From contig CM119371.1 in NCBI GenBank assembly GCA_051294905.1, forward strand, positions 9,736,001-9,800,000: a stretch of DNA of 64,000 bases. Reading direction: 5' to 3'. Position 1 is the stretch's first letter. Every line of letters begins with the position of its first letter. The position numbers were made by a program, and so were the translations under genes. Below the pieces are notes generated by a model. It had not been told where the DNA came from, did not search any database, and worked only from the letters and a program-made list of their open reading frames with translations. Source of the DNA: Botryllus schlosseri (taxonomy: Eukaryota). Of this stretch, positions 14,301 to 26,300 are shown one piece after another.

Positions 14301-17300
14301 GACAGTGAAATATTTCGCGTAATAATCTGAAACACAGATGGTATAACGCGTAATATTACAATGGCAACAAAGAAGGTTTGAGCTAAACTATATGAAAAAA
14401 TTGATTTCTTATGACTTTAATTGCTACTCATACTTTGCTACATTGAATTTATTTTCAATCTGGACACGCGGCGTGGCGTATTAATGCACTGGCTTCAAAG
14501 CAAACGAATTTCCTGTTCAGCGGATAGAGCCTACGGCTTTAGTCCACACATCAACATTCAATAAGCAGGTTTTCTGTTTTGAATTCGAAGCAACCATTCG
14601 CGGGCCGAACATGAAATGATTGAGGAGCTGACTGCATCGTAGTGGAGAACAATTTTGAGCTCAACACAAAGTTTTATATATCTTTAATCCTTCTTAGTTC
14701 TGGATTCACAATTGAATCAAATAGAAAAACTCTCATTCGAGTCGGGTTGAACTTATCGACGTTGCCATTCCCCGCTCATATTTGATCGTACGTGTTTTCA
14801 GTACAGTGACAACGTTTCTGACTCACGGCAGAAACCGACTTTACAGTACGGGACGTAGACACTAGAAATGTTAGAATGAGATATGGAGAGAATGATGATA
14901 ACCATCATCATTCATCCGTCTTATCATTGGCTGTAATAAATGCAGAGAAAATTTCGTTTGATAAATTTAGCGTGATGAGGGGGTGTCGGGGGGTGCTGGC
15001 ATTTTCTTCGTTTTCCATGGGGCGGTAGCTCGAAAAAGTTAGGCAAACACTGGTGTAGTTGACTGAGTTGTTGGGTTTGCTAAAAAGCTGCGCATCAAAT
15101 CTGGTTCAATTACAACCTGCGGAAGCGAGGTCATTGAAGTACATAATTTTGGATCTGAATAAAATATTATAGACGGTTGGTAATCCCATAATTAATATTG
15201 AATGATTACATGGCACATATCCGCAAGTCAACAATGAATGCTTCTTACTTGAATAATAGGTCACAACAGTAGGCTGCACCTGGACAGTATCCTACATAAT
15301 TATCGATTTAGAAGGACTAATGCTAAATGTGGAGCAATATAATGAATATATTAATCAGCACGCGGTTATATTTATCCTAAAAAGTACCTACGTTTTATTC
15401 TTTCCGTACTGTAAGTAGTGCCACCATTGATTGGTCACAAATCTGATCTAAGAATAAATAGAGATATCAAAACGAGTTTTGTGAGTGCAGTATTGGTTGA
15501 CGTAAAGTAAAATAGGTTGACCGAAAAGAATTCGCCAATAGTAAAGTTTAAGGCATTCGAGCTCGTGAACGTTGTGCAAGATTTTGGATATCTCTACACG
15601 AGGGTGTGGGAGCTAGGTGCCAAGCCTTACTTTGAAAGGACGATTAATCGAGATTTGTTCTCTTGTTTTTTCTGTAAAAAATAAAATAGCTAATGGTGCA
15701 TGTACGGGCTCTCGTGACGAGGTCTAGCTTAAGTCGTATCAATGATTTCACAATGAAGCTACTACATTGGTGACACAATTACGAAAGACTTTAAATCCCT
15801 GGATCGTAAGTTTACGGAATTGCTATTCCGTAAATGGACTGGGCTTCATGATTCGGATCTCGAATACGAATCGAGTGTTGATTGTCATGATTCGAGTAGC
15901 GGGAGACAATTTTTTCCAGTACTTGAATTATGCGCTCTCTTTGATGGTTATATGAAACGACTGAGAGAACTATTACCGAAAATAATATTGCCGCGAATTG
16001 ATGTTTTCGAGAATGTATTACTACAGAATGATGATGGTGTGTACACCATATGGACCGTGACGCTCATCCCAAGAACCAACAACACTAACACAGAGGTGGT
16101 TCAAGTAGTAAAGACGGCTACACAAATAGAAATACAAGTGGCGACGCAAAAATCTACTGAAGTCTGAGTACAAGAATTCGTTTTATTGACATCCTAAAAC
16201 TACTTCAAGTGAACGTAGAATTAGCTTGCTTCAAGTCTAATCAGGTATAAGGAAGGAAGTAACTATGTAAGTAGTTGTGAGAAGCACGTATAAATTTGCC
16301 CTCATAGGCTGTCAAAATCAGAAAAGTGCAAATGGCTGGGATTGTGCTGCTTCATACAAAAACTTAAAAAGTTTCCACTGCATCATGGGATGTAAAAGAT
16401 AATTACACCAGTGCCTGATTTCATATAATAACATGGAATAGTGATCTCACCGTATTTCGAGGCTCGTAGTTAAGGCGAAGAGCAAAGGTATCAGATACTG
16501 CATTAACGAGTTGCGCGATTTTCGTAAATTAACATGAGGTAGAGTACATTTGAGAAGATGTATTCAACTTGAAATTTTTGTTCGCAAATCGCATCGCATT
16601 TTTTAATTTTTGACCAACGGCATACCAATAAATAAAAATGACAAAATACGCCTAAATAAAAGGATGAGTGTACACTAGGGGTCTTCAAAACTGACTTTTC
16701 TGCTCCCATCGTACTGGGTACTTGATAAAACTGTTAGGTTACCTAATTTAAGCCTACACACCAAATTTGGTTCAATTCCAACCAGTAGCCGCATTGCTAC
16801 AGGAGAAGAAAGTTTCTATCTATTATTATTATTATATTCTTTATTCACAGTAAAACTGGTAAATACACACATAATCCGGGGAGCAACCTGCCCCCAAAGG
16901 AAAATGGCGAGATTGGAGTAAATTTTTAAAATTTCAGTAATACATTCAAATTGTTATTCCTATGCAATACATGGAGAAGTCAGATTACAGAATTGCAGCA
17001 GATGAAGAATTGGCAAGGGTTACAGAGCAGAGGTAGAGATGATTGAAGATGAAGAATCGAAATTACAGAAATCATGCTGTGATTCACAATTGTAATTTTA
17101 GTCCAGTGGTGCATTCAAGGCCTTCCGAAGAATGTGCACAGTGCCCAATAATGTGATCTTTTGGATCATGTCAAATCGAACGTTACCCGGAATTTGTTGG
17201 ATATGTCTCATGAGTTTTGTGCTCACGACCCCTGTAGCGCCAATGACTATCGGTACAATGTTTATTTTGCATCGCCACATTTTCTCACATTCCATTTTGA

Positions 17301-20300
17301 GCTCTGCGTATTTGGAGTGTTTTTCTAATTCTTTTTGCAGTAGGTTGTGATCAGCTGGGACAGCCAGTTTAATGAATAAGCATTCTCTTTTCTTTTTTAG
17401 TTTGACGATTATATCCGGACGGTTGTTCCTGATTTCGCGGTCAGTCATAACTGGTACATCCCACAGAATTTTTACTTGTTCGTTTTCTGTCACTGGTGCT
17501 GGGCTGTAATCGTACCAATTTTTTGTCGAAGTGGTGATGTCAAAATGTTTGCATAATTCAAGATGAATGTAGTGGCCAATCCTATTGTGTCTCCATGTGT
17601 ATTCGGAAGCTGCGAGTGCACCACAGCCAGACATGATATGTGCTACAGTTTCATTTTGGTTGTGGAACATTCTGCACTTGCCGTCCGTGTTTTGCTTCAG
17701 ACTTCTTTTGCGATAGTATTTTGTAGGAAGCGATTGGTCTTGTGCTGCGAAAATGAATCCTTCGCTTGCCGATTTCAGACCAGAGCTGGATAGCCAGGTC
17801 CATGAAAGCTCGTCTACTTCGGGCTGTGAAGTTAACTTCTTGTGCTGTCAATGAAGAGGCATCGACTCCCATATCGTTTCTCTCATTTTGAGCGTTGCAT
17901 TTTTGTATTGAATTCGTGCTGCTTTTGCTATTGTTGTGGGTTTAGCAACAGTGTTTTCTGCAGTGTACAGGTTAGCTGTTTCCATGTTGACTTGTCTGGC
18001 GTACTTGTCGTGACGATAGCTCAGAGATTTTGTTTTGCGCTGTTTGTCTTCCTGTGCAACGAGTTTGCAGTAAATGTTATCGCTGTTGTTGATGTACTGT
18101 GACAAGCCGATGATTTCTGTTTTGAAAGTTTGTTCAATTTCTTGTAGTCCTCGACCACCTTTTTTTCTGGGGATGTACGGTCTTTGTGTATCAGATTTTG
18201 GGTGATGCATGTGGTGCATTGTCATCAGTTTTCTCGTCTTCGTGTCCAATTTTTTAATTTCATCTTTGAGCCAGTTCACCACACCATAGCTATATCTCAA
18301 GACAGGCACTGCAAGACTGTTTATGGCATTGATTTTGTATTTGGAATTGAGTTCAGTTTTGAGAATTGACTTGAGCCTGCTGATGTATTCTTTTTTTAGA
18401 CTTGATTTCATTGCAGCATGTTTAATGTTGTCGCTTTCACAGATCCCTAGATATTTATAGTGATCTTCGGCATTCCCTTCTGTTATGGTTTCACCCTTTT
18501 TGAAGTTCATGTCGCCAGTGCTGGTGGCTCTTCCACGTCGTATGGTAAGTTTGGAGCATTTATCTAAGCCAAATTTCATTTTATATCTTCCAAAAACCCA
18601 TGAACAATTTTCATTTGCTTATTCAGGTCCGCATCTGATTTTGCATACAGTTTCAAATCATCCATGAACAAAAGGTGATGTATCTTTTGACCTTCAGAGT
18701 TTGCTGCTTTTTTCATCACGTATCCTGTTTCATTTTTTTTCAGCAACTCGCTGAGTGGAGCTAAGCTGAGGCAGAATAGAAGTGGTGAGAATGAGTCGCC
18801 TTGAAAGATACCATTACGTATCTGAATTGTACAGGTTTCTGTTTCACCTTGGTCATGTTTGATCAACAGTTTGGTATGTCAATTTTTCATTGAATTTTCA
18901 ATAAATCTGATGATGATCGGATTCATTTTGTACATACGCATTGTTTTCAGTATCCATGTGTGAGGGACTGAATCGAAAGCTTTTTTGTAGTCTATCCATG
19001 CCATGCTGAGGTTAGTGTGTCTCCTCTTGCAGTTTTCAAGAATGGTTTTGTCAAGGAGCAGGTGGTCCTTACAGCCAAGGGCGCCTTCCTTGCATCCTTT
19101 CTGCTCAGGCGGAAGAAGGTTTTCTAGGTGTTTGTAGCTTCGTTTTGCCAGGATTTTGGTCAGTGTTTTGTACATGGTTGACAGGCATGTTATCGACCTG
19201 TAGTTCTTGGGGTCCCTGGTGTTTTCATTTTTTTGGAATAAGATATGTGATCCCTTGTGTGAACCAGGCTGGGATCTCGTGCGAGTTGGTTGAGCATAAA
19301 AGCTCATTGTAGGTCGCCGCTAGGTAATTATGTGTAGCAGTTATTTTTTTTAGCCAAAAATTTTTGATCTGGTCAGGACCAGCTGCTTTCCAGTTCAGTG
19401 AACTTTTTAGGGCCTCCTTGATTTCTTGTTTTGTGATTTCTGACCATTGTTGTTCTGGTGTTTGTAGATGGTCAGTGTCCAGGTCTTGTATCCAATTTGC
19501 ATTTGAGTTGTGCAATTTTTTGGTTTCCCATATTTTCTTCCAAAATGATTCCACATCTGTAGTGGCTGGTATTTTGCTGCTGGTAATTTTTTGATTTGAC
19601 TTTTGTTTCATCATTCGAAAAAATTGTCCAGGTTTGCGAGCAAATAACAAGTTTTGGCGATATTGTGTTTCTCGTTTTTTATCTCGTTTCAATCGTTGTG
19701 CTTTGGTGCATATTCTCATTTTTAATTCTTCTTGCAACATTGACACTTTTTCTGTTGACTTCAGTTTGGTTTTATGCTCCAGTTCTATTCTTTTCACTTT
19801 ATATTTTACTTTGTGGGAAACATTTCCTTTTTTTAGTTCCGAGAGTATCGCAACGTCACACCTTAGTTTTGCGATTTTGTTTTCAATTCTGCGTTGCCAA
19901 GCTGGCGTATGGCTTCCCCTTTTTTTGTTGACAGTTCTTGGTATTTTGCAGTGCCTTTCTGAGATAACTGCCGCAGTGCTGTAAATGAGGTTGTTGATTG
20001 TTGTCAAGGGACATTGTGGTCTTTCTCCTTGTTTTCCATTTAGAGTTGCAGGTAGTATGGTTTCTGTCAAAATTTTGTTCGCTACTGCAATATCAGTTTT
20101 CAGTTTCTTTGTAATTTGTAGGTCAGGTAACTGCACTCTGTCATTTACATTCAATGTGGATTTCATTCGGTCGATGATTTGATTTTTGATCTCCAATACT
20201 AATTCCGTGTCTATGTCACCATCGTTAGGTGTTGATGATTCATTCGGGTGCCCGGTGGTATTTTGTAATTCTACTTCTGCGATGTTCGGGTCATCAAGTG

Positions 20301-23300
20301 ATTGTTGTGGGTTCAGGTCATCTTGGCCGAATTGCAGTTCCAGTGCCTCAGAGGTTTCTACGTTTTTGTTACACATTTCTCCCTCGATTTCTGCGAGTTC
20401 TTGTTCGGTTAATTTTTTATTTTTTAATACACAACGTCTCATTGTTGCCAGGGTATTGGCAGTCATGGTTGGGGAGTTGTTTGTTCTCTCTTTCCATTTT
20501 TGAAAAGTTCCTTCGGTTACTCCTGCCGAGTTTTCAAATTTGGCTAAGAAGTAACATCTCATTATTTCTTTATACTCTTCCTCACTCCATCTGTGTCTCT
20601 TCTTTTTTTCTTTTGCAGCATAGCTGTTTTGTGAGCCACAGTTCGGTGTTGCACAGGCGCCATGTTGAGAAATATCTTCTCTTTGGTGTTCCTGTGTGGT
20701 CGGAGTTGACGAGTCCTCAGGGGTCATCCGCTTGGTCCGACGGCGGGTACGTCCAGGTGCGATATATCCAGATCGTTTCGCAGGCATCCACAGCAGTGAT
20801 GCGTCAGTTCAGAAGTTAGGTTAAGTTAAAGTAATTAATTAATTATTTATTGATCCTTAATACAACCAAATACTCCAAATATTATTATCATATTATTTAT
20901 TCACAGTAAAACTGTGAATATTATTATTATTATTATTATTGGTAAAAACGATGAAAAGATAGTGTCGCTTTTCACATCAAAGCCTTTTGCGTCACACCAT
21001 AGCATGCATATGAGAAATGCACAAACTTATAATGCAAGAAATATTATAATGATGGGAAAATTAATGGTCGACAGAGGCATACACAGGTATATTTGGGTGA
21101 TCTATAGGGACACATCCAATTCGAAGACATAACCACTACGAATTCAGAGATATTAACATTTAAATAAAGCGCCTTGTTTCCTTGACATATTGAATGACAT
21201 GATCCAACATGCATTCACTAGTTAATAGGTCTACTGTATTAAAAAGACTGTCATTATTAATATAGCGTTTCAGATTTGCACGTTGCCGTACATACTTCGT
21301 ACAGTTCATTAGATAATGATCGACGGTTTCGGGCAACGAACATTGTTCACATAGAGGTGAATCATTGCATCCAATCTTATGCAGGTGGTAGTTGAGCCGA
21401 CAATGGCCTGATCTCAACCGAAACAAAATGATTTGCTCTTTTCTCGATGTTAAACTTGGTAACCTCTTGTAAATCGTGTCTTTGATGAGCTTGTACTGAC
21501 TTCCGGTGTCGCTTGTCCTGTACAGTTGATCCCAGTTGTTTCTGCACGAGTTCCTAAGGAGCGAGTATGCATCCCCTACGGAGACGAAGTCCAATTGTTG
21601 ACGGGGCGGTGTTTCTGATGCTGTAGCGCTTCTTGCTAATTGGTCGGCGATTTCATTGTGCTCAATACCACAGTGTGCTGGAATCCACACAAGTGATATT
21701 GTGACCTCGCGTTGTTTCAATTGGTGTATCTTCTCGACTATCTCGGTAATAAGGAGAGGAGCTGCGAAATTGAAATTTGCTATGCATGTTGATGCGCTCA
21801 AGCAATCACTGAGTATTGCCACTCTACTGTGGGTATTATTCAGCACCCAAGATAGGGAATCTGAAATAGCGATTAGTTCTATCTATTATATAAAAATAAA
21901 TATTAAAATACTTTAAAAATTTCTGTTCACCCCATAAAAGTGTTAGGTTTTCTATAGAAACGATAGCATTTGAGGTGTTCGCTACATCTCGGCATACATA
22001 GGCTTACCATACGTCCTCTTTTAAGAGGATTTGTCCTCTTTTTTGACTTTTTTGAAAGTGTCCTCGGAGGACGCCCGTTTGTCCTCTTTTTTGAGATTTT
22101 GTCCTCTTTTTTGAAAATTTAGGCAGATTTAGAGCAAATTGCGAGTGATATGCCGCATATTAGTACTGAAGTGAAGCTCCGGCGGGTATTTCGGAGTGAA
22201 AAACGGTGATTTTAGCTCTGAGCGAAAAGATGACCTTTTTTTTTTTTTTTTTATCCACCCGGCAAAGTGGAGTAAAAAACGTTATTTTGAGCTCTGAGCG
22301 GAAGTGATGACCTTTTTTTTTTTTAGTCAACCGATCACGAAGTGGGAAAAATTAACCGGTTTTTGAGAATTTGACTCCGGATTTGCCAGTTGCAAATTTC
22401 TGAAAAAGTGTCCTCTTTTTTTATCTCCAAAATATGGTAAGCCTAGGCATACATGACCTGCCATAGGCTATGTACGGGCGAGAAGAGGGTGAGAGTCTGG
22501 CGATCTTTTTCTATTTTTTTTTCATGGTTTACATTCCCTCCTGATGTTGTCCAGGATATCTTCCAGGTGGTCTTGTCCTTGGAGTCTTGTTCTTGCTTCG
22601 AGTCTCTGTAGTATTGATTTTTCTTTCCACTTGTATCCCAATTCCTTCCTTCAAACTTTGTCTTGTTTCTTGCCATCCAGGTGGCTTGCTTGAATATCGT
22701 GAATATTTTCATGAGTGCCGCTTCTTGGGTATCTGTCATGTTCCCCTCTGTATGCATGTTGAAAATTATATTGATGTCGGCTGGCTGGGTTCTCTGGTTT
22801 GTCACCTTGCTCCACGCATCTATCAATTTTTGCACGACTTTGGCTGTATGTTCGCACTTCGAGAAGAGGTGGGTGTGTGTTTCGGTGTGGCTCGAGCACA
22901 GCTCGCATTCCATTTTATTTGTTATTCCCGCTGTTTGCAATCTGCCATTTGTTGGTAGCATCTGGTTAGCCACCATCCAATTCAGGTCCCTCTGTCTTAG
23001 CGTGAGGGTTGGATGGTGTATGTTAGCCCAATTGGGCCCTTTCATTTCTTCTATGTCTCTGGAGTGTTTCCTTTCTAGTATGTCGGTGTAACGTTTTTTG
23101 TTGTCCGTCGTTTTAATCTGTGTTTTGTCTATACCCAGTCCTGTCATTGTTTCGTTTATTTCCCTCCAGTGTCTCTGTGGCTTCAAGGTGTTTGGCCTGG
23201 TGGTTGGTGTTCTATGTGACTGATATCTTTTCAGGGTGAATGCTAGCTGATGGTCTATTCTTCTTTCCCATTCCTCATTTATGTTCTCTTGGCCTTTTCT

Positions 23301-26300
23301 AAAGTATTCGACTGCCGGCTTTATGAAGATCATATCTGTTATTGTGGGTATGTCGGTCAGCTGCCTTCCTCCCTATTCCTGGCTCTGGATTATCTTGTCG
23401 TAATCCGCTCTTCTGTCCTTTCGGAAGATCAGGCTGGTGAGTATTCGCTTTAATTCGCTTCTTGTTTTGCCAGGCATTCTTGTTATGGCTGCGGGATATG
23501 TAAACAATGGTAGTATGTTGGTCGCTACCAGACTGATTTCCTGCTGTCTTTCGAAATGCATGTTCTTGATCTCATTTGTTATCTTTTTCATCTTTTTCAT
23601 TGGTTCTTCCCAGTGTTTTTCTTTATCTGGGGTTTCTCTTTCTACCATGTGCCCTAGGATTACCATCTCTTCCACCCATTTGATGTTGGTTTGGGTGTTT
23701 TTTTTACCAATTGTTTGGAAAGTTATTTCCTTGCTTTTTTCTTTGTTTATTCTTAGGGCGCTCGCTTCTCCGAACTTTTCTATGATTTCAATCGCCTCAT
23801 TTGTATCCTCCTGTCTCGCCAGCGTTATGTTTACACCGTCCGCGTATGACGGTGCAGTGATCGTTTTCTTGATTCCAGGTAGTTTGTAGCCTGTGAGTTC
23901 ATGTTCTAACCTTTGTAGTAGGGATTCTGTCGCGATCGTGAACAAATACATCGAGATGGGATCTCCCTGTTTTATCCCCCCTTTCATCTTTATTTTCTTC
24001 CCCACTCTCCCCCCTATCAAGATTCTCGCCTCTCCGAGCTCATATACTTTTCCAAAGAAGTTACAGAAGTTTCTCCCTAGGCCCGCTGCCTCCATTGTTC
24101 TTTTCAGGAATTTATGATCAACGGAGTCATAGGCTTTCTTGAAGTCTATTGAGAGTATCGTTCCTTTTCCTTTCTCTCTCATTTCGGAAGTTATTTCTCT
24201 TATTAGGAGGTTCAGTTGCCCTGTGGTTTTGGGCGGGTTTACGTGTTCGTTCTCATGGGTTATGTCTGGTAGCTCTGTCTTTAGTCGATTGGTCAAGATT
24301 TTGGTAAGGATTTTGTAGTCCGTGTTGAGAAGACTCACGGGTCTGTAGTTTCGAATTTCTTTTTTATCACCTTTCTTATAGATTATTTTGAGTACTGCTC
24401 TTGCTAGGTTCGGGGTGATGTTCTGTGTTTGATACATTTCGTTGAGAGTTTCAAGCATTTCCTCAGCCATCGTGTCGATGTTGATCATATACAGTTCTGC
24501 ACTCAACCCGTCCTCCCCCGGGGTTCTGTTTTTCTTCTGTTGGAGGACTGCTAGCCTGATTTCGTCCATCTCGATCCTTCTGTCTATTTGCTGACGTTGT
24601 TTGGCTGTGAGGGCTCTATTTTGGTAGCAGAGGTATTCTTCTGCTGTTATTTCATTCGTTTCTTGTCTGCTATAGAGGTCTTCATAGAATGTCTCAATGA
24701 GGTCCCCTATTTCTTTTGGATCTGTGGTGGTACGCCCTGTAGGAGTGTTCAGTTCGTGTATTGACGCCATTTCTCTCCTTTTCTGAAGGGCCTTACAGAG
24801 TGTGTATTTGTTGTTGTTTAGCAGTGAGTGTTTTTCTATCTTTTCCTCCTTTTTTAACTTTTGGAGTTGATCCTCCTTCATCTTCCAGAGGATCTTTTTC
24901 TCTTTTTTGTAAAGTATGCTAGAGTGGTTATGTTTTATGATGTTTTCCCTTTCTCTCAGCAGTTTTTCTTGTTGTTTCTGTATCTGTTTTCTTTTTTCAG
25001 CTGTGACTTTCTTTGTATGTTTTATCGCAAGCTCTTTTATTCTAATCTTCATGGCCTCCCACCATTCCACCCTGGTTGGGTATATGATGGGGTAGAGTGT
25101 TTTCCACTTATCCCATTTCTTTTGCAGTTCGGTCGCGAACTTGTCCGTGTGATTGATTTGTACATTGTTTTTCCAAATTGTTTTGTGTTTTTTCTGTGGT
25201 TTTCCCTATGGATATCGTTGCCATTACGGTATCGTGATCAGATAGTATGCAAGGGATGTGTTTGGGCGGATATCACGACGTTATCAATATAAATTCGAAA
25301 TGTACCAAATGGCCAATGGCTTCAAGTTCGATATTGGTACACTCGTTACCAGTCCATCAAGTGTCGATCAAGTTTATCGGAATATAATATTTTCCCGTTG
25401 AAACGAATCGAATAATCGAATTGAACACTGTGCCATGCACATTGTGACATGCCCATAACGAATTAAACTATGCAGTATGCACATTGCATATTTACAAGTC
25501 ACAGTGCCCGTTAATCCGGGAATACTAGAGTATCAAGCTGACATCAAGAATGAATTTACGAAACAGATGATTAAAAATTGGAAATTGCGTATCAAATCAC
25601 TAATTGTCTCCCACATAAAATACCATGGGGTCCTGACATCGCATTGACTAGCTCGCACCGCGACAATTGTTTGCTAGGTATAAGGGCGGTTTGGGCTACT
25701 CTTCTGCCATCCTCTATTTACGCTCGAAAATCATTACTGGGGTAAATGACGATCATGCGCAGTGATGAATTCTAATTAAAATGCATAATTGCACACTTAA
25801 TAACACTGTCCAATTTCGCGGCCCGATTAAACAACTATACTACTAAAGAACGAGTATTTGCTCATTCGATTCATAGAAACGATGAGATGGAATTTCTCGA
25901 CTCGTGCTCGTCATATTGACATGTGCAGCAAAATCACGTTTTTATCCTCTCTCCCATTTCGCGTAATACATAGTGATCATTATTTTCAAACCGTACAATT
26001 GGTCAACAAGGTTGTGCTGATGATGAAATTGCGAGTATGCCGAATACCCATAATATTCACAGGCATATTTCACATACCGAGGTTCGGCACCCATGTACGA
26101 AAATTGAACATTGAACATATGACTGCTTCGCTATTAAATCACCAGGGATATGGCTAGTCGGAAAAGGTAGCGCAAAACGATTCTTAATTTCGCGAAGGCC
26201 TGCACCGTGCAGATAAGGCCGTCAAATAAGGTAAATAGGAGATTACCTTGGGCCGCAATCCGGACCGTAACTAGTAAACCCCGAAACCCCATTGAGGAGA

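Larger units (their letters stand above)
16676..21964. mobile_element. Left part of a second copy of the 1373-1995 MITE family (16676-16826 and 21877-21964), split by retroelements
   Basis: Colinear with an arm of 1373-1995; 13-bp duplication TTCTATCTATTAT at 16814-16826 and 21877-21889. Confidence 0.85.

Noticed and set aside
17848..18881. Two in-frame TGA codons in the Dong ORF suggesting recoding or selenocysteine
   Set aside because: They are single substitutions from TGG and GGA in a copy that also has two frameshifts and damaged knuckle and endonuclease residues.
17132..25292. Many plus-strand ORFs of 60-196 aa
   Set aside because: They are antisense shadows of the minus-strand LINE ORFs.
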